Origin: Eledone cirrhosa
Taxonomy: Eukaryota
Length of the DNA stretch: 64,000 nt
Reading direction: 5' to 3'
Assembly: GCA_964016885.1 (NCBI GenBank)
Contig: OZ024740.1
Span: forward strand, 371,566,001-371,630,000
Below, in pieces: positions 32,901 to 50,300 of this stretch. The notes under the pieces were generated by a model. The model was not told where the DNA came from. It made no database searches and worked only from the letters and a program-made list of their open reading frames with translations. Position 1 is the stretch's first letter. The number at the start of each line of letters is the position of its first letter. The position numbers were made by a program, and so were the translations under genes.

Positions 32901-35900
32901 ATATTCCATCATTCACTATATTCCATCTTTCACTATATTCCATCTTTCACTATATTCCATAATACATTATATTCTATCTTTCACTATATGTCATCTTTCA
33001 CTATATTCCATCTTTCACTATATTCCATCTTTCACTATATTCCATCATTCACTATATTCCATCTTTCACTATATTCCATCTTTCACTGTATTCCATAATT
33101 CATTATATTCCATCTTTCACTATATTCCATCATTCACTATATTCCATCTTTCATTATATTCCACTTTTCACTATATTCTATCTTTCACTATATTCCATCT
33201 TTCACTATATTCCATCTTTCATTATATTCCATCTTTCACTATATTCCATCTTTCACTATATTCCATCTTTCACTATATTCCATCTTTCACTACATTCCAT
33301 CTTTCACTATATTCCATCTTTCACTATATTCCATCTTTCACTATATTCCATAATTCATTATATTCCACCTTTCACTATATTCCATCTTTCACTATATTCC
33401 ATCTTTCACTATATTCCATCTTTCACTATATTCCATCATTCACTATATTCCATCTTTCACTCTATTCCATCTTTCACTATACTCCATCTTTCACTATATT
33501 CCATCTTTCACTATATTCCATCTTTCACTATATTCCATCTTTCACTATATTCCATAATTCATTATTTTCCACCTTTCACTATATTCCATCTTTCACTATA
33601 TTCCATCTTTCACTATATTCCATCTTTCACTATATTCCATCATTCACTATATTCCATCTTTCACTCTATTCCATCTTTCACTATACTCCATCTTTCACTA
33701 TATTCCATCTTTCACTATATTCCATCTTTCACTATATTCCATCTTTCACTATATTCCATAATTCATTATATTCCACCTTTCACTATATTCCATCTTTCAC
33801 TATATTCCATCTTTCACTATATTCCATCTTTCACTATATTCCATCATTCACTATATTCCATCTTTCACTATATTCCTTAATTCATTATATTCCATCTTTC
33901 ACTATATTCCATCTTTCACTATATTCCATCATTCATTATATACCATCATTCACTATATTCCACCATTCATTATATTCCACCTTTCACTATATTCCATCTT
34001 TCACTATATTTCATCTTTCACTATATTCCATCTTTCATTATATTCCATCTTTCACTATATTCCATCTTTCATTATATTCCATAATTCATTATATTCCATC
34101 TTTCACTATATTCCATCTTTTACTATATTCCATCTTTCATTATATTCCATCTTTCACTATATTCCATATTTCATTATATTCCATAATTCATTATATTCCA
34201 TCTTTCACTATATTCCATCTTTCATTATATTCCATCTTTCACTATATTCCATCTTTCACTATATACCATCTTTCATTATATTCCATCTTTCACTATATTC
34301 CATCTTTCATTATATTCCATAATCCATTATATTCCATCTTTCACGATATTCCATCTTTCATTATATTCCATCTTTCACTATATTCCATCTTTCACTATAT
34401 TCCATCTTTCACTATATTCCATCTTTCACTATATTCCAAATTTCACTATATTCCATCTTTCACTATATTCCATCTTTCACTATATTCCATCTTTCATTAT
34501 ATTCCATCTTTCACTATATTCCATCTTTCATTATATTCCATCTTTCACTATATTCCATCTTTCACTATATTCTATCTTTCACTATATTCCATAATTCATT
34601 ATATTCCATCTTTCACTATATTCCATCTTTCACTATATTCCATCTTTCATAATATTCCATCTTTCAATATATTCCATCTTTCACTATATTCCATCTTTCA
34701 CTATATTCCATCCTTCACTGTATTCCATCTTTCACTATATTCCATCATTCACTATATTCCATCTTTCACTATATTCCATCTTTCACTATATTCCATAATT
34801 CATTATATTCCATCTTTCACTATATTTCATATTTCACTATATACCATCTTTCACTATATTCCATCTTTCACTATATTCCATCATTCACTATATTCCATCT
34901 TTCACTATATTCCATCTTTCACTATATTCCATAATTCATTATATTCCATCTTTCACTATATTCCATCTTTCACTATATTCCATCTTTCACTGTATTCCAT
35001 AATTCATTATATTCCATCTTTCACTATATTCCATCTTTCATTATATTCCACTTTTCAGTATATTCCATCTTTCACTATATTCCATCTTTCACTATATTCC
35101 ATCTTTCATTATATTCCATCTTTCACTATATTCCATCTTTCACTATATTCCATCTTTCACTATATTCCATCTTTCACTATATTTCATCTTTCACTATATT
35201 CCATCTTTCACTATATTCCATCTTTCACTATATTCCATAATTCATTATATTCCACCTTTCACTATATTCCATCTTTCACTATATTCCATCTTTCACTATA
35301 TTCCATCTTTCACTCTATTCCATCTTTCACTATATTCCATCTTTCACTATATTCCATCTTTCACTATATTCCATCTTTCACTATATTCCATAATTCATTA
35401 TATTCCACCTTTCACTATATTCCATCTTTCACTATATTCCATCTTTCACTATATTCCATCTTTCACTATATTCCATCATTCACTATATTCCATCTTTCAC
35501 TATATTCCATCTTTCACTATATTCCATCTTTCATTATATTGCATCTTTCACTATATTCCATATTTCATTATATTCCATCTTTCATTATATTCCATCTTTC
35601 ACTATATTCCATCTTTCAATATATTCCATCTTTCACTATATTCTATCTTTCACTATATTCCATCATTCACTATATTCCATCATTCACTATATTCCATCAT
35701 TCATTATATTCCAACTTTCACTATATTCCATCATTCACTATATTCCATCTTTCACTATATTCCATAATTCATTACATTCCATCTTTCACTATATTCCATC
35801 TTTCACTATATTCCATCATTCATTATATACCATCATTCACTATACTCCATCATTCATTATATTCCATCTTTCACTATATTCCATCTTTCATTATATTCCA

Positions 35901-38900
35901 TCTTTCACTATATTCCATCTTTCATTATATTCCATAATTCATTATATTCCATCTTTCACTATATTCCATCTTTCATTATATTCCATCTTTCACTATATTC
36001 CATATTTCATTATATTCCATAATTCATTATATTCCATCTTTCACTATATTCCATCTTTCACTATATTCCATCTTTCACTATATTCCATCTTTCACTATAT
36101 TCCATCCTTCACTATATTCCATCTTTCACTATATTCCATCATTCACTATATTCCATCTTTCACTATATTCCATCTTTCACTATATTCCATAATACATTAT
36201 ATTCCATCTTTCACTATATTTCATCTTTCACTATATTCCATCTTTCACTATATTCCATCTTTCACTATATTCCATCATTCACTATATTCCATCTTTCACT
36301 ATATTCCATCTTTCACTATATTCCATAATACATTATATTCTATCTTTCACTATATGTCATCTTTCACTATATTCCATCTTTCACTATATTCCATCTTTCA
36401 CTATATTCCATCATTCACTATATTCCATCTTTCACTATATTCCATCTTTCACTGTATTCCATAATTCATTATATTCCATCTTTCACTATATTCCATCATT
36501 CACTATATTCCATCTTTCATTATATTCCACTTTTCACTATATTCTATCTTTCACTATATTCCATCTTTCACTATATTCCATCTTTCATTATATTCCATCT
36601 TTCACTATATTCCATCTTTCACTATATTCCATCTTTCACTATATTCCATCTTTCACTACATTCCATCTTTCACTATATTCCATCTTTCACTATATTCCAT
36701 CTTTCACTATATTCCATAATTCATTATATTCCACCTTTCACTATATTCCATCTTTCACTATATTCCATCTTTCACTATATTCCATCTTTCACTATATTCC
36801 ATCATTCACTATATTCCATCTTTCACTCTATTCCATCTTTCACTATACTCCATCTTTCACTATATTCCATCTTTCACTATATTCCATCTTTCACTATATT
36901 CCATCTTTCACTATATTCCATAATTCATTATATTCCACCTTTCACTATATTCCATCTTTCACTATATTCCATCTTTCACTATATTCCATCTTTCACTATA
37001 TTCCATCATTCACTATATTCCATCTTTCACTATATTCCTTAATTCATTATATTCCATCTTTCACTATATTCCATCTTTCACTATATTCCATCATTCATTA
37101 TATACCATCATTCACTATATTCCACCATTCATTATATTCCACCTTTCACTATATTCCATCTTTCACTATATTTCATCTTTCACTATATTCCATCTTTCAT
37201 TATATTCCATCTTTCACTATATTCCATCTTTCATTATATTCCATAATTCATTATATTCCATCTTTCACTATATTCCATCTTTCACTATATTCCATCTTTC
37301 ATTATATTCCATCTTTCACTATATTCCATATTTCATTATATTCCATAATTCATTATATTCCATCTTTCACTATATTCCATCTTTCATTATATTCCATCTT
37401 TCACTATATTCCATCTTTCACTATATACCATCTTTCATTATATTCCATCTTTCACTATATTCCATCTTTCATTATATTCCATAATCCATTATATTCCATC
37501 TTTCACGATATTCCATCTTTCATTATATTCCATCTTTCACTATATTCCATCTTTCACTATATTCCATCTTTCACTATATTCCATCTTTCACTATATTCCA
37601 AATTTCACTATATTCCATCTTTCACTATATTCCATCTTTCACTATATTCCATCTTTCATTATATTCCATCTTTCACTATATTCCATCTTTCATTATATTC
37701 CATCTTTCACTATATTCCATCTTTCACTATATTCTATCTTTCACTATATTCCATAATTCATTATATTCCATCTTTCACTATATTCCATCTTTCACTATAT
37801 TCCATCTTTCATAATATTCCATCTTTCAATATATTCCATCTTTCACTATATTCCATCTTTCACTATATTCCATCCTTCACTGTATTCCATCTTTCACTAT
37901 ATTCCATCATTCACTATATTCCATCTTTCACTATATTCCATCTTTCACTATATTCCATAATTCATTATATTCCATCTTTCACTATATTTCATATTTCACT
38001 ATATTCCATCTTTCACTATATTCCCTCTTTCACTATATTCCATCATTCACTATATTCCATCTTTCACTATATTCCATCTTTCACTATATTACATAATTCA
38101 TTATATTCCATCTTTCACTATATTCCATCTTTCACTATATTCCATCTTTCACTGTATTCCATAATTCATTATATTCCATCTTTCACTATATTCCATCTTT
38201 CATTATATTCCACTTTTCAGTATATTCCATCTTTCACTATATTCCATCTTTCACTATATTCCATCTTTCATTATATTCCATCTTTCACTATATTCCATCT
38301 TTCACTATATTCCATCTTTCACTATATTCCATCTTTCACTATATTTCATCTTTCACTATATTCCATCTTTCACTATATTCCATCTTTCACTATATTCCAT
38401 AATTCATTATATTCCACCTTTCACTATATTCCATCTTTCACTATATTCCATCTTTCACTATATTCCATCTTTCACTCTATTCCATCTTTCACTATATTCC
38501 ATCTTTCACTATATTCCATCTTTCACTATATTCCATCTTTCACTATATTCCATAATTTATTATATTCCACCTTTCACTATATTCCATCTTTCACTATATT
38601 CCATCTTTCACTATATTCCATCTTTCACTATATTCCATCATTCACTATATTCCATCTTTCACTATATTCCATCTTTCACTATATTCCATCTTTCATTATA
38701 TTGCATCTTTCACTATATTCCATATTTCATTATATTCCATCTTTCATTATATTCCATCTTTAACTATATTCCATCTTTCAATATATTCCATCTTTCACTA
38801 TATTCTATCTTTCACTATATTCCATCATTCACTATATTCCATCATTCACTATATTCCATCATTCATTATATTCCAACTTTCACTATATTCCATCATTCAC

Positions 38901-39000
38901 TATATTCCATCTTTCACTATATTCCATAATTCATTATATTCCATCTTTCACTATATTCCATCATTCATTATATACCATCATTCACTATACTCCATCATTC
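29950..39000. repeat. Higher-order repeat, about 3 copies of a roughly 3-kb unit (2941/3162 bp)
   Basis: The rare CCAAATTTC marker has its AAA at 31497, 34438 and 37600 (173x17, 186x17). The TTGCATC marker occurs at 32377, 35539 and 38701 (186x17). Boundaries are approximate. Confidence 0.83.
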
Positions 39001-40190
39001 ATTATATTCCATCTTTCACTATATTCCATCTTTCATTATATTCCATCTTTCACTATATTCCATCTTTCACTATATTCCATAATTCATTATATTCCATCTT
39101 TCACTATATTTCATATTTCACTATATTCCATCTTTCACTATATTCCCTCTTTCACTATATTCCATCATTCACTATATTCCATCTTTCACTATATTCCATC
39201 TTTCACTATATTACATAATTCATTATATTCCATCTTTCACTATATTCCATCTTTCACTATATTCCATCTTTCACTGTATTCCATAATTCATTATATTCCA
39301 TCTTTCACTATATTCCATCTTTCATTATATTCCACTTTTCAGTATATTCCATCTTTCACTATATTCCATCTTTCACTATATTCCATCTTTCATTATATTC
39401 CATCTTTCACTATATTCCATCTTTCACTATATTCCATCTTTCACTATATTCCATCTTTCACTATATTTCATCTTTCACTATATTCCATCTTTCACTATAT
39501 TCCATCTTTCACTATATTCCATAATTCATTATATTCCACCTTTCACTATATTCCATCTTTCACTATATTCCATCTTTCACTATATTCCATCTTTCACTCT
39601 ATTCCATCTTTCACTATATTCCATCTTTCACTATATTCCATCTTTCACTATATTCCATCTTTCACTATATTCCATAATTTATTATATTCCACCTTTCACT
39701 ATATTCCATCTTTCACTATATTCCATCTTTCACTATATTCCATCTTTCACTATATTCCATCATTCACTATATTCCATCTTTCACTATATTCCATCTTTCA
39801 CTATATTCCATCTTTCATTATATTGCATCTTTCACTATATTCCATATTTCATTATATTCCATCTTTCATTATATTCCATCTTTAACTATATTCCATCTTT
39901 CAATATATTCCATCTTTCACTATATTCTATCTTTCACTATATTCCATCATTCACTATATTCCATCATTCACTATATTCCATCATTCATTATATTCCAACT
40001 TTCACTATATTCCATCATTCACTATATTCCATCTTTCACTATATTCCATAATTCATTATATTCCATCTTTCACTATATTCCATCATTCATTATATACCAT
40101 CATTCACTATACTCCATCATTCATTATATTCCATCTTTCACTATATTCCATCTTTCATTATATTCCATCTTTCACTATATTCCATCTTTC
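37950..40190. repeat. Tandem duplication of a 1122-bp (66-monomer) block
   Basis: TTCCCTC occurs at 38021 and 39143, and TTGCATC at 38701 and 39823. TATTACATA and ATAATTTATT are also repeated at the same offset. Confidence 0.85.
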
Positions 40191-41350
40191 ATTATATTCC
40201 ATAATTCATTATATTCCATCTTTCACTATATTCCATCTTTCATTATATTCCATCTTTCACTATATTCCATATTTCATTATATTCCATAATTCATTATATT
40301 CCATCTTTCACTATATTCCATCTTTCATTATATTCCATCTTTCACAATATTCCATCTTTCACTATATTCCAACTTTCACTATATTCCATCTTTCACTATA
40401 TTCCATCTTTCACTATATTCCATCTTTCATTATATTCCATCTTTCACTATATTCCATCTTTCACTATATTCCATCTTTCATTATATTGCATCTTTCACTA
40501 TATTCCATCTTTCATTATATTCCATCTTTCATTATATTCCATCTTTCACTATATTCCATCTTTCAATATATTCCATCTTTCACTATATTCTATCTTTCAC
40601 TATATTCCATCATTCACTATATTCCATCATTCACTATATTCCATCATTCAATATATTCCAACTTTCACTATATTCCATCATTCACTATATTCCATCTTTC
40701 ACTAAATTCCATAATTCATTATATTCCATCTTTCACTATATTCCATCTTTCACTATATTCCATCATTCATTATATACCATCATTCACTATATTCCATCAT
40801 TCATTATATTCCATCTTTCACTATATTCCATCTTTCATTATATTCCATAATTCATTATATTCCATCTTTCACCATATTCCATCTTTCACTATATTCCATC
40901 TTTCATTATATTCCATCTTTCACTATATTCCATATTTCATTATATTCCATAATTCATTATATTCCATCTTTCACTATATTCCATCTTTCATTATATTCCA
41001 TCTTTCACTATATTCCATCTTTCACTATATTTCATCTTTCACTATATTCCATCTTTCACTATATTCCATCTTTCACTATATTCCATCATTCACTATATTC
41101 CATCTTTCACTATATTCCATCTTTCACTATATTCCATAATTCATTATATTCCATCTTTCACTATATTCCATCTTTCACTATATTCCATCTTTCACTGTAT
41201 TCCATAATTCATTATATTCCATCTTTCACTATATTCCATCATTCACTATAATCCATCTTTCATTATATTCCACTTTTCACTATATTCGATCTTTCACTAT
41301 ATTCCATCTTTCACTATATTCCATCTTTCACTATATTCCATCTTTCACTA

Positions 41351-44300
41351 TAATCCATCTTTCACTATATTCCATAATTCATTATATTCCATCTTTCACT
41401 ATATTCCATCTTTCACTATATTCCATCTTTCACTATCTTCCATCGTTCACTATATTCCATCATTCACTATATTCCATCTTTCACTATATTCCATCTTTCA
41501 CTATATTCCATCATTCACTATATTCCATCTTTCACTATATTCCATCTTTCACTATATTCCATCTTTCACTATATTCCATCTTTCACTATATTCCATCTTT
41601 CACTATATTCCATCTTTCACTATATTCCATCTTTCATTATATTCCATCTTTCACTATATTCCATCTTTCACTATATTCCATCTTTCATTATATTGCATCT
41701 TTCACTATATTCCATATTTCATTATATTCCATCTTTCATTATATTCCATCTTTCACTATATTCCATCTTTCAATATATTCCATCTTTCACTATATTCTAT
41801 CTTTCACTATATTCCATCATTCACTATATTCCATCATTCACTATATTCCATCATTCATTATATTCCAACTTTCACTATATTCCATCATTCACTATATTCC
41901 ATCTTTCACTATATTCCATAATTCATTATATTCCATCTTTCACTATATTCCATCTTTCACTATATTCCATCATTCATTATATACCATCATTCACTATACT
42001 CCATCATTCATTGTATTCCATCTTTCACTATATTCCATTTTTCATTATATTCCATCTTTCACTATATTCCATCTTTCATTATATTCCATAATTCATTATA
42101 TTCCATCTTTCACTATATTCCATCTTTCATTATATTCCATCTTTCACTATATTCCATATTTCATTATATTCCATAATTCATTATATTCCATCTTTCACTA
42201 TATTCCATCTTTCATTATATTCCATCTTTCACTATATTCCATCTTTCACTATATTCCATCTTTCACTATATTCCATCTTTCACTATATTCCATCTTCCAC
42301 TATATTCCATCTTTCATTATATTCCATCTTTCACTATATTCCATCTTTCACTGTATTCCATAATTCATTATATTCCATCTTTCACTATATTCCATCATTC
42401 ACTATATTCCATCTTTCATTATATTGCATCTTTCACTATATTCCATCTTTCATTATATTCCATCTTTCATTATATTCCATCTTTCTCCATATTCCATCTT
42501 TCAATATATTCCATCTTTCACTATATTCTATCTTTCACTATATTCCATCATTCACTATATTCCATTATTCACTATATTCCATCATTCAATATATTCCAAC
42601 TTTCACTATATTCCATCATTCACTATATTCCATCTTTCACTATATTCCATAATTCATTATATTCCATCTTTCACTATATTCCATCTTTCATTATATTCCA
42701 TAATTCATTATATTCCATCTTTCACTATATTCCATCTTTCACTATATTCCATCTTTCATTATATTCCATCTTTCACTATATTCCATATTTCATTATATTC
42801 CATAATTCATTATATTCCATCTTTCACTATATTCCATCTTTCATTATATTCCATCTTTCACTATATTCCATCTTTCACTATATTCCATCTTTCATTATAT
42901 TCCATCTTTCACTATATTCCATCTTTCATTATATTCCATAATCCATTATATTCCATCTTTCACGATATTCCATCTTTCATTATATTCCATCTTTCACTAT
43001 ATTCCATCTTTCACTATATTCCATCTTTCACTATATTCCATCTTTCACTATATTCCATATTTCACTATATTCCATCTTTCACTATATTCCATCTTTCATT
43101 ATATTCCATCTTTCACTATATTCCATCTTTCATTATATTCCATCTTTCACTATATTCCATCTTTCACTATATTCTATCTTTCACTATATTCCATAATTCA
43201 TTATATTCCATCTTTCACTATATTCCATCTTTCACTATATTCCATAATTCATTATATTCCATCTTTCACTATATTCCATCTTTCATTATATTCCATAATT
43301 CACTATATTCCATCTTCCACTATATTCCATCTTTCATTATATTCCATCTTTCACTATATTCCATCTTTCACTGTATTCCATAATTCATTATATTCCATCT
43401 TTCACTATATTCCATCATTCACTATATTCCATCTTTCATTATATTGCATCTTTCACTATATTCCATTTTTCATTATATTCCATCTTTCATTATATTCCAT
43501 TTTCTCTCTATTCCATCTTTCAATATATTCCATCTTTCACTATATTCTATCTTTCACTATATTCCATCATTCACTATATTCCATCATTCACTATATTCCA
43601 TCATTCAATATATTCCAACTTTCACTATATTCCATCATTCACTATATTCCATCTTTCACTATATTCCATCTTTCATTATATTCCATCTTTCACTATATTC
43701 CATCTTTCACTATATTCCATCTTTTATTATATTCCATCTTTAACTATATTCCATCTTTCACTATATTCCATCTTTCATAATATTCCATCTTTCACTATAT
43801 TCCATCTTTCACTATATTCCATCTTTCACTATATTCCATCCTTCACTATATTCCATCTTTCACTATATTCCATCATTCACTATATTCCATCTTTCACTAT
43901 ATTCCATCTTTCACTATATTCCATAATACATTATATTCCATCTTTCACTATATTTCATCTTTCACTATATTCCATCTTTCACTATATTCCATCTTTCACT
44001 ATTTTCCATCATTCACTATATTCCATCTTTCACTATATTCCATCTTTCACTATATTCCATAATACATTATATTCCATCTTTCTCTATATTTCATCTTTCA
44101 CTATATTCCATCTTTCACTATATTCCATCTTTCACTATATTCCATCATTCACTATATTCCATCTTTCACTATATTCCATCTTTCACTGTATTCCATAATT
44201 CATTATATTCCATCTTTCACTATATTCCATCATTCACTATATTCCATCTTTCATTATATTCCACTTTTCACTATATTCCATCTTTCACTATATTCCATCT

Positions 44301-47300
44301 TTCACTATATGCCATCTTTCATTATATTCCATCTTTCACTATATTCCATCCTTCACTATATTCCATCTTTCACTATATTCCATCATTCACTATATTCCAT
44401 CTTTCATTATATTCCATCTTTCACTATATTCCATAATACATTATATTCCATCTTTCACTATATTTCATCTTTCACTATATTCCATCTTTCACTATATTCC
44501 ATCTTTCACTATATTCCATCATTCACTATATTCCATCTTTCACTATATTCCATCTTTCACTGTATTCCATAATTCATTATATTCCATAATTCATTATATT
44601 CCATCTTTCACTATATTCCATCTTTCATTATATTCCATCTTTCACTATATTCCATCTTTCACTATATTTCATCTTTCACTATATTCCATCTTTCACTATA
44701 TTCCATCTTTCACTATATTCCATCATTCACTATATTCCATCTTTCACTATATTCCATCTTTCACTATATTCCATAATTCATTATATTCCATCTTTCACTA
44801 TATTCCATCTTTCACTATATTCCATCTTTCACTGTATTCCATAATTCATTATATTCCATCTTTCACTATATTCCATCATTCACTATAATCCATCTTTCAT
44901 TATATTCCACTTTTCACTATATTCGATCTTTCACTATATTCCATCTTTCACTATATTCCATCTTTCACTATATTCCATCTTTCACTATAATCCATCTTTC
45001 ACTATATTCCATAATTCATTATATTCCATCTTTCACTATATTCCATCTTTCACTATATTCCATCTTTCACTATCTTCCATCGTTCACTATATTCCATCAT
45101 TCACTATATTCCATCTTTCACTATATTCCATCTTTCACTATATTCCATCATTCACTATATTCCATCTTTCACTATATTCCATCTTTCACTATATTCCATC
45201 TTTCACTATATTCCATCTTTCACTATATTCCATCTTTCACTATATTCCATCTTTCACTATATTCCATCTTTCATTATATTCCATCTTTCACTATATTCCA
45301 TCTTTCACTATATTCCATCTTTCATTATATTGCATCTTTCACTATATTCCATATTTCATTATATTCCATCTTTCATTATATTCCATCTTTCACTATATTC
45401 CATCTTTCAATATATTCCATCTTTCACTATATTCTATCTTTCACTATATTCCATCATTCACTATATTCCATCATTCACTATATTCCATCATTCATTATAT
45501 TCCAACTTTCACTATATTCCATCATTCACTATATTCCATCTTTCACTATATTCCATAATTCATTATATTCCATCTTTCACTATATTCCATCTTTCACTAT
45601 ATTCCATCATTCATTATATACCATCATTCACTATACTCCATCATTCATTGTATTCCATCTTTCACTATATTCCATCTTTCATTATATTCCATCTTTCACT
45701 ATATTCCATCTTTCATTATATTCCATAATTCATTATATTCCATCTTTCACTATATTCCTTCTTTCATTATATTCCATCTTTCACTATATTCCATATTTCA
45801 TTATATTCCATAATTCATTATATTCCATCTTTCACTATATTCCATCTTTCATTATATTCCATCTTTCACTATATTCCATCTTTCACTATATTCCATCTTT
45901 CACTATATTCCAGCTTTCACTATATTCCATCTTCCACTATATTCCATCTTTCATTATATTCCATCTTTCACTATATTCCATCTTTCACTGTATTCCATAA
46001 TTCATTATATTCCATCTTTCACTATATTCCATCATTCACTATATTCCATCTTTCATTATATTGCATCTTTCACTATATTCCATCTTTCATTATATTCCAT
46101 CTTTCATTATATTCCATCTTTCTCTATATTCCATCTTTCAATATATTCCATCTTTCACTATATTCTATCTTTCACTATATTCCATCATTCACTATATTCC
46201 ATTATTCACTATATTCCATCATTCAATATATTCCAACTTTCACTATATTCCATCATTCACTATATTCCATCTTTCACTATATTCCATAATTCATTATATT
46301 CCATCTTTCACTATATTCCATCTTTCATTATATTCCATAATTCATTATATTCCTTCTTTCACTATATTCCATCTTTCACTATATTCCATCTTTCATTATA
46401 TTCCATCTTTCACTATATTCCATATTTCATTATATTCCATAATTCATTATATTCCATCTTTCACTATATTCCATCTTTCATTATATTCCATCTTTCACTA
46501 TATTCCATCTTTCACTATATTCCATCTTTCATTATATTCCATCTTTCACTATATTCCATCTTTCATTATATTCCATAATCCATTATATTCCATCTTTCAC
46601 GATATTCCATCTTTCATTATATTCCATCTTTCACTATATTCCATCTTTCACTATATTCCATCTTTCACTATATTCCATCTTTCACTATATTCCATATTTC
46701 ACTATATTCCATCTTTCACTATATTCCATCTTTCATTATATTCCATCTTTCACTATATTCCATCTTTCATTATATTCCATCTTTCATTATATTCCACTTT
46801 TCACTATATTCGATCTTTCACTATATTCCATCTTTCACTATATTCCATCTTTCACTATATTCCATCTTTCACTATAATCCATCTTTCACTATATTCCATA
46901 ATTCATTATATTCCATCTTTCACTATATTCCATCTTTCACTATATTCCATCTTTCACTATCTTCCATCGTTCACTATATTCCATCATTCACTATATTCCA
47001 TCTTTCACTATATTCCATCTTTCACTATATTCCATCATTCACTATATTCCATCTTTCACTATATTCCATCTTTCACTATATTCCATCTTTCACTATATTC
47101 CATCTTTCACTATATTCCATCTTTCACTATATTCCATCTTTCACTATATTCCATCTTTCATTATATTCCATCTTTCACTATATTCCATCTTTCACTATAT
47201 TCCATCTTTCATTATATTGCATCTTTCACTATATTCCATATTTCATTATATTCCATCTTTCATTATATTCCATCTTTCACTATATTCCATCTTTCAATAT

Positions 47301-50300
47301 ATTCCATCTTTCACTATATTCTATCTTTCACTATATTCCATCATTCACTATATTCCATCATTCACTATATTCCATCATTCATTATATTCCAACTTTCACT
47401 ATATTCCATCATTCACTATATTCCATCTTTCACTATATTCCATAATTCATTATATTCCATCTTTCACTATATTCCATCTTTCACTATATTCCATCATTCA
47501 TTATATACCATCATTCACTATACTCCATCATTCATTGTATTCCATCTTTCACTATATTCCATCTTTCATTATATTCCATCTTTCACTATATTCCATCTTT
47601 CATTATATTCCATAATTCATTATATTCCATCTTTCACTATATTCCTTCTTTCATTATATTCCATCTTTCACTATATTCCATATTTCATTATATTCCATAA
47701 TTCATTATATTCCATCTTTCACTATATTCCATCTTTCATTATATTCCATCTTTCACTATATTCCATCTTTCACTATATTCCATCTTTCACTATATTCCAT
47801 CTTTCACTATAATCCATCTTTCACTATATTCCATAATTCATTATATTCCATCTTTCACTATATTCCATCTTTCACTATATTCCATCTTTCACTATCTTCC
47901 ATCGTTCACTATATTCCATCATTCACTATATTCCATCTTTCACTATATTCCATCTTTCACTATATTCCATCATTCACTATATTCCATCTTTCACTATATT
48001 CCATCTTTCACTATATTCCATCTTTCACTATATTCCATCTTTCACTATATTCCATCTTTCACTATATTCCATCTTTCACTATATTCCATCTTTCATTATA
48101 TTCCATCTTTCACTATATTCCATCTTTCACTATATTCCATCTTTCATTATATTGCATCTTTCACTATATTCCATATTTCATTATATTCCATCTTTCATTA
48201 TATTCCATCTTTCACTATATTCCATCTTTCAATATATTCCATCTTTCACTATATTCTATCTTTCACTATATTCCATCATTCACTATATTCCATCATTCAC
48301 TATATTCCATCATTCATTATATTCCAACTTTCACTATATTCCATCATTCACTATATTCCATCTTTCACTATATTCCATAATTCATTATATTCCATCTTTC
48401 ACTATATTCCATCTTTCACTATATTCCATCATTCATTATATACCATCATTCACTATACTCCATCATTCATTGTATTCCATCTTTCACTATATTCCATTTT
48501 TCATTATATTCCATCTTTCACTATATTCCATCTTTCATTATATTCCATAATTCATTATATTCCATCTTTCACTATATTCCATCTTTCATTATATTCCATC
48601 TTTCACTATATTCCATATTTCATTATATTCCATAATTCATTATATTCCATCTTTCACTATATTCCATCTTTCATTATATTCCATCTTTCACTATATTCCA
48701 TCTTTCACTATATTCCATCTTTCACTATATTCCATCTTTCACTATATTCCATCTTCCACTATATTCCATCTTTCATTATATTCCATCTTTCACTATATTC
48801 CATCTTTCACTGTATTCCATAATTCATTATATTCCATCTTTCACTATATTCCATCATTCACTATATTCCATCTTTCATTATATTGCATCTTTCACTATAT
48901 TCCATCTTTCATTATATTCCATCTTTCATTATATTCCATCTTTCTCCATATTCCATCTTTCAATATATTCCATCTTTCACTATATTCTATCTTTCACTAT
49001 ATTCCATCATTCACTATATTCCATTATTCACTATATTCCATCATTCAATATATTCCAACTTTCACTATATTCCATCATTCACTATATTCCATCTTTCACT
49101 ATATTCCATAATTCATTATATTCCATCTTTCACTATATTCCATCTTTCATTATATTCCATAATTCATTATATTCCATCTTTCACTATATTCCATCTTTCA
49201 CTATATTCCATCTTTCATTATATTCCATCTTTCACTATATTCCATATTTCATTATATTCCATAATTCATTATATTCCATCTTTCACTATATTCCATCTTT
49301 CATTATATTCCATCTTTCACTATATTCCATCTTTCACTATATTCCATCTTTCATTATATTCCATCTTTCACTATATTCCATCTTTCATTATATTCCATAA
49401 TCCATTATATTCCATCTTTCACGATATTCCATCTTTCATTATATTCCATCTTTCACTATATTCCATCTTTCACTATATTCCATCTTTCACTATATTCCAT
49501 CTTTCACTATATTCCATATTTCACTATATTCCATCTTTCACTATATTCCATCTTTCATTATATTCCATCTTTCACTATATTCCATCTTTCATTATATTCC
49601 ATCTTTCACTATATTCCATCTTTCACTATATTCTATCTTTCACTATATTCCATAATTCATTATATTCCATCTTTCACTATATTCCATCTTTCACTATATT
49701 CCATAATTCATTATATTCCATCTTTCACTATATTCCATCTTTCATTATATTCCATAATTCACTATATTCCATCTTCCACTATATTCCATCTTTCATTATA
49801 TTCCATCTTTCACTATATTCCATCTTTCACTGTATTCCATAATTCATTATATTCCATCTTTCACTATATTCCATCATTCACTATATTCCATCTTTCATTA
49901 TATTGCATCTTTCACTATATTCCATTTTTCATTATATTCCATCTTTCATTATATTCCATTTTCTCTCTATTCCATCTTTCAATATATTCCATCTTTCACT
50001 ATATTCTATCTTTCACTATATTCCATCATTCACTATATTCCATCATTCACTATATTCCATCATTCAATATATTCCAACTTTCACTATATTCCATCATTCA
50101 CTATATTCCATCTTTCACTATATTCCATCTTTCATTATATTCCATCTTTCACTATATTCCATCTTTCACTATATTCCATCTTTTATTATATTCCATCTTT
50201 AACTATATTCCATCTTTCACTATATTCCATCTTTCATAATATTCCATCTTTCACTATATTCCATCTTTCACTATATTCCATCTTTCACTATATTCCATCC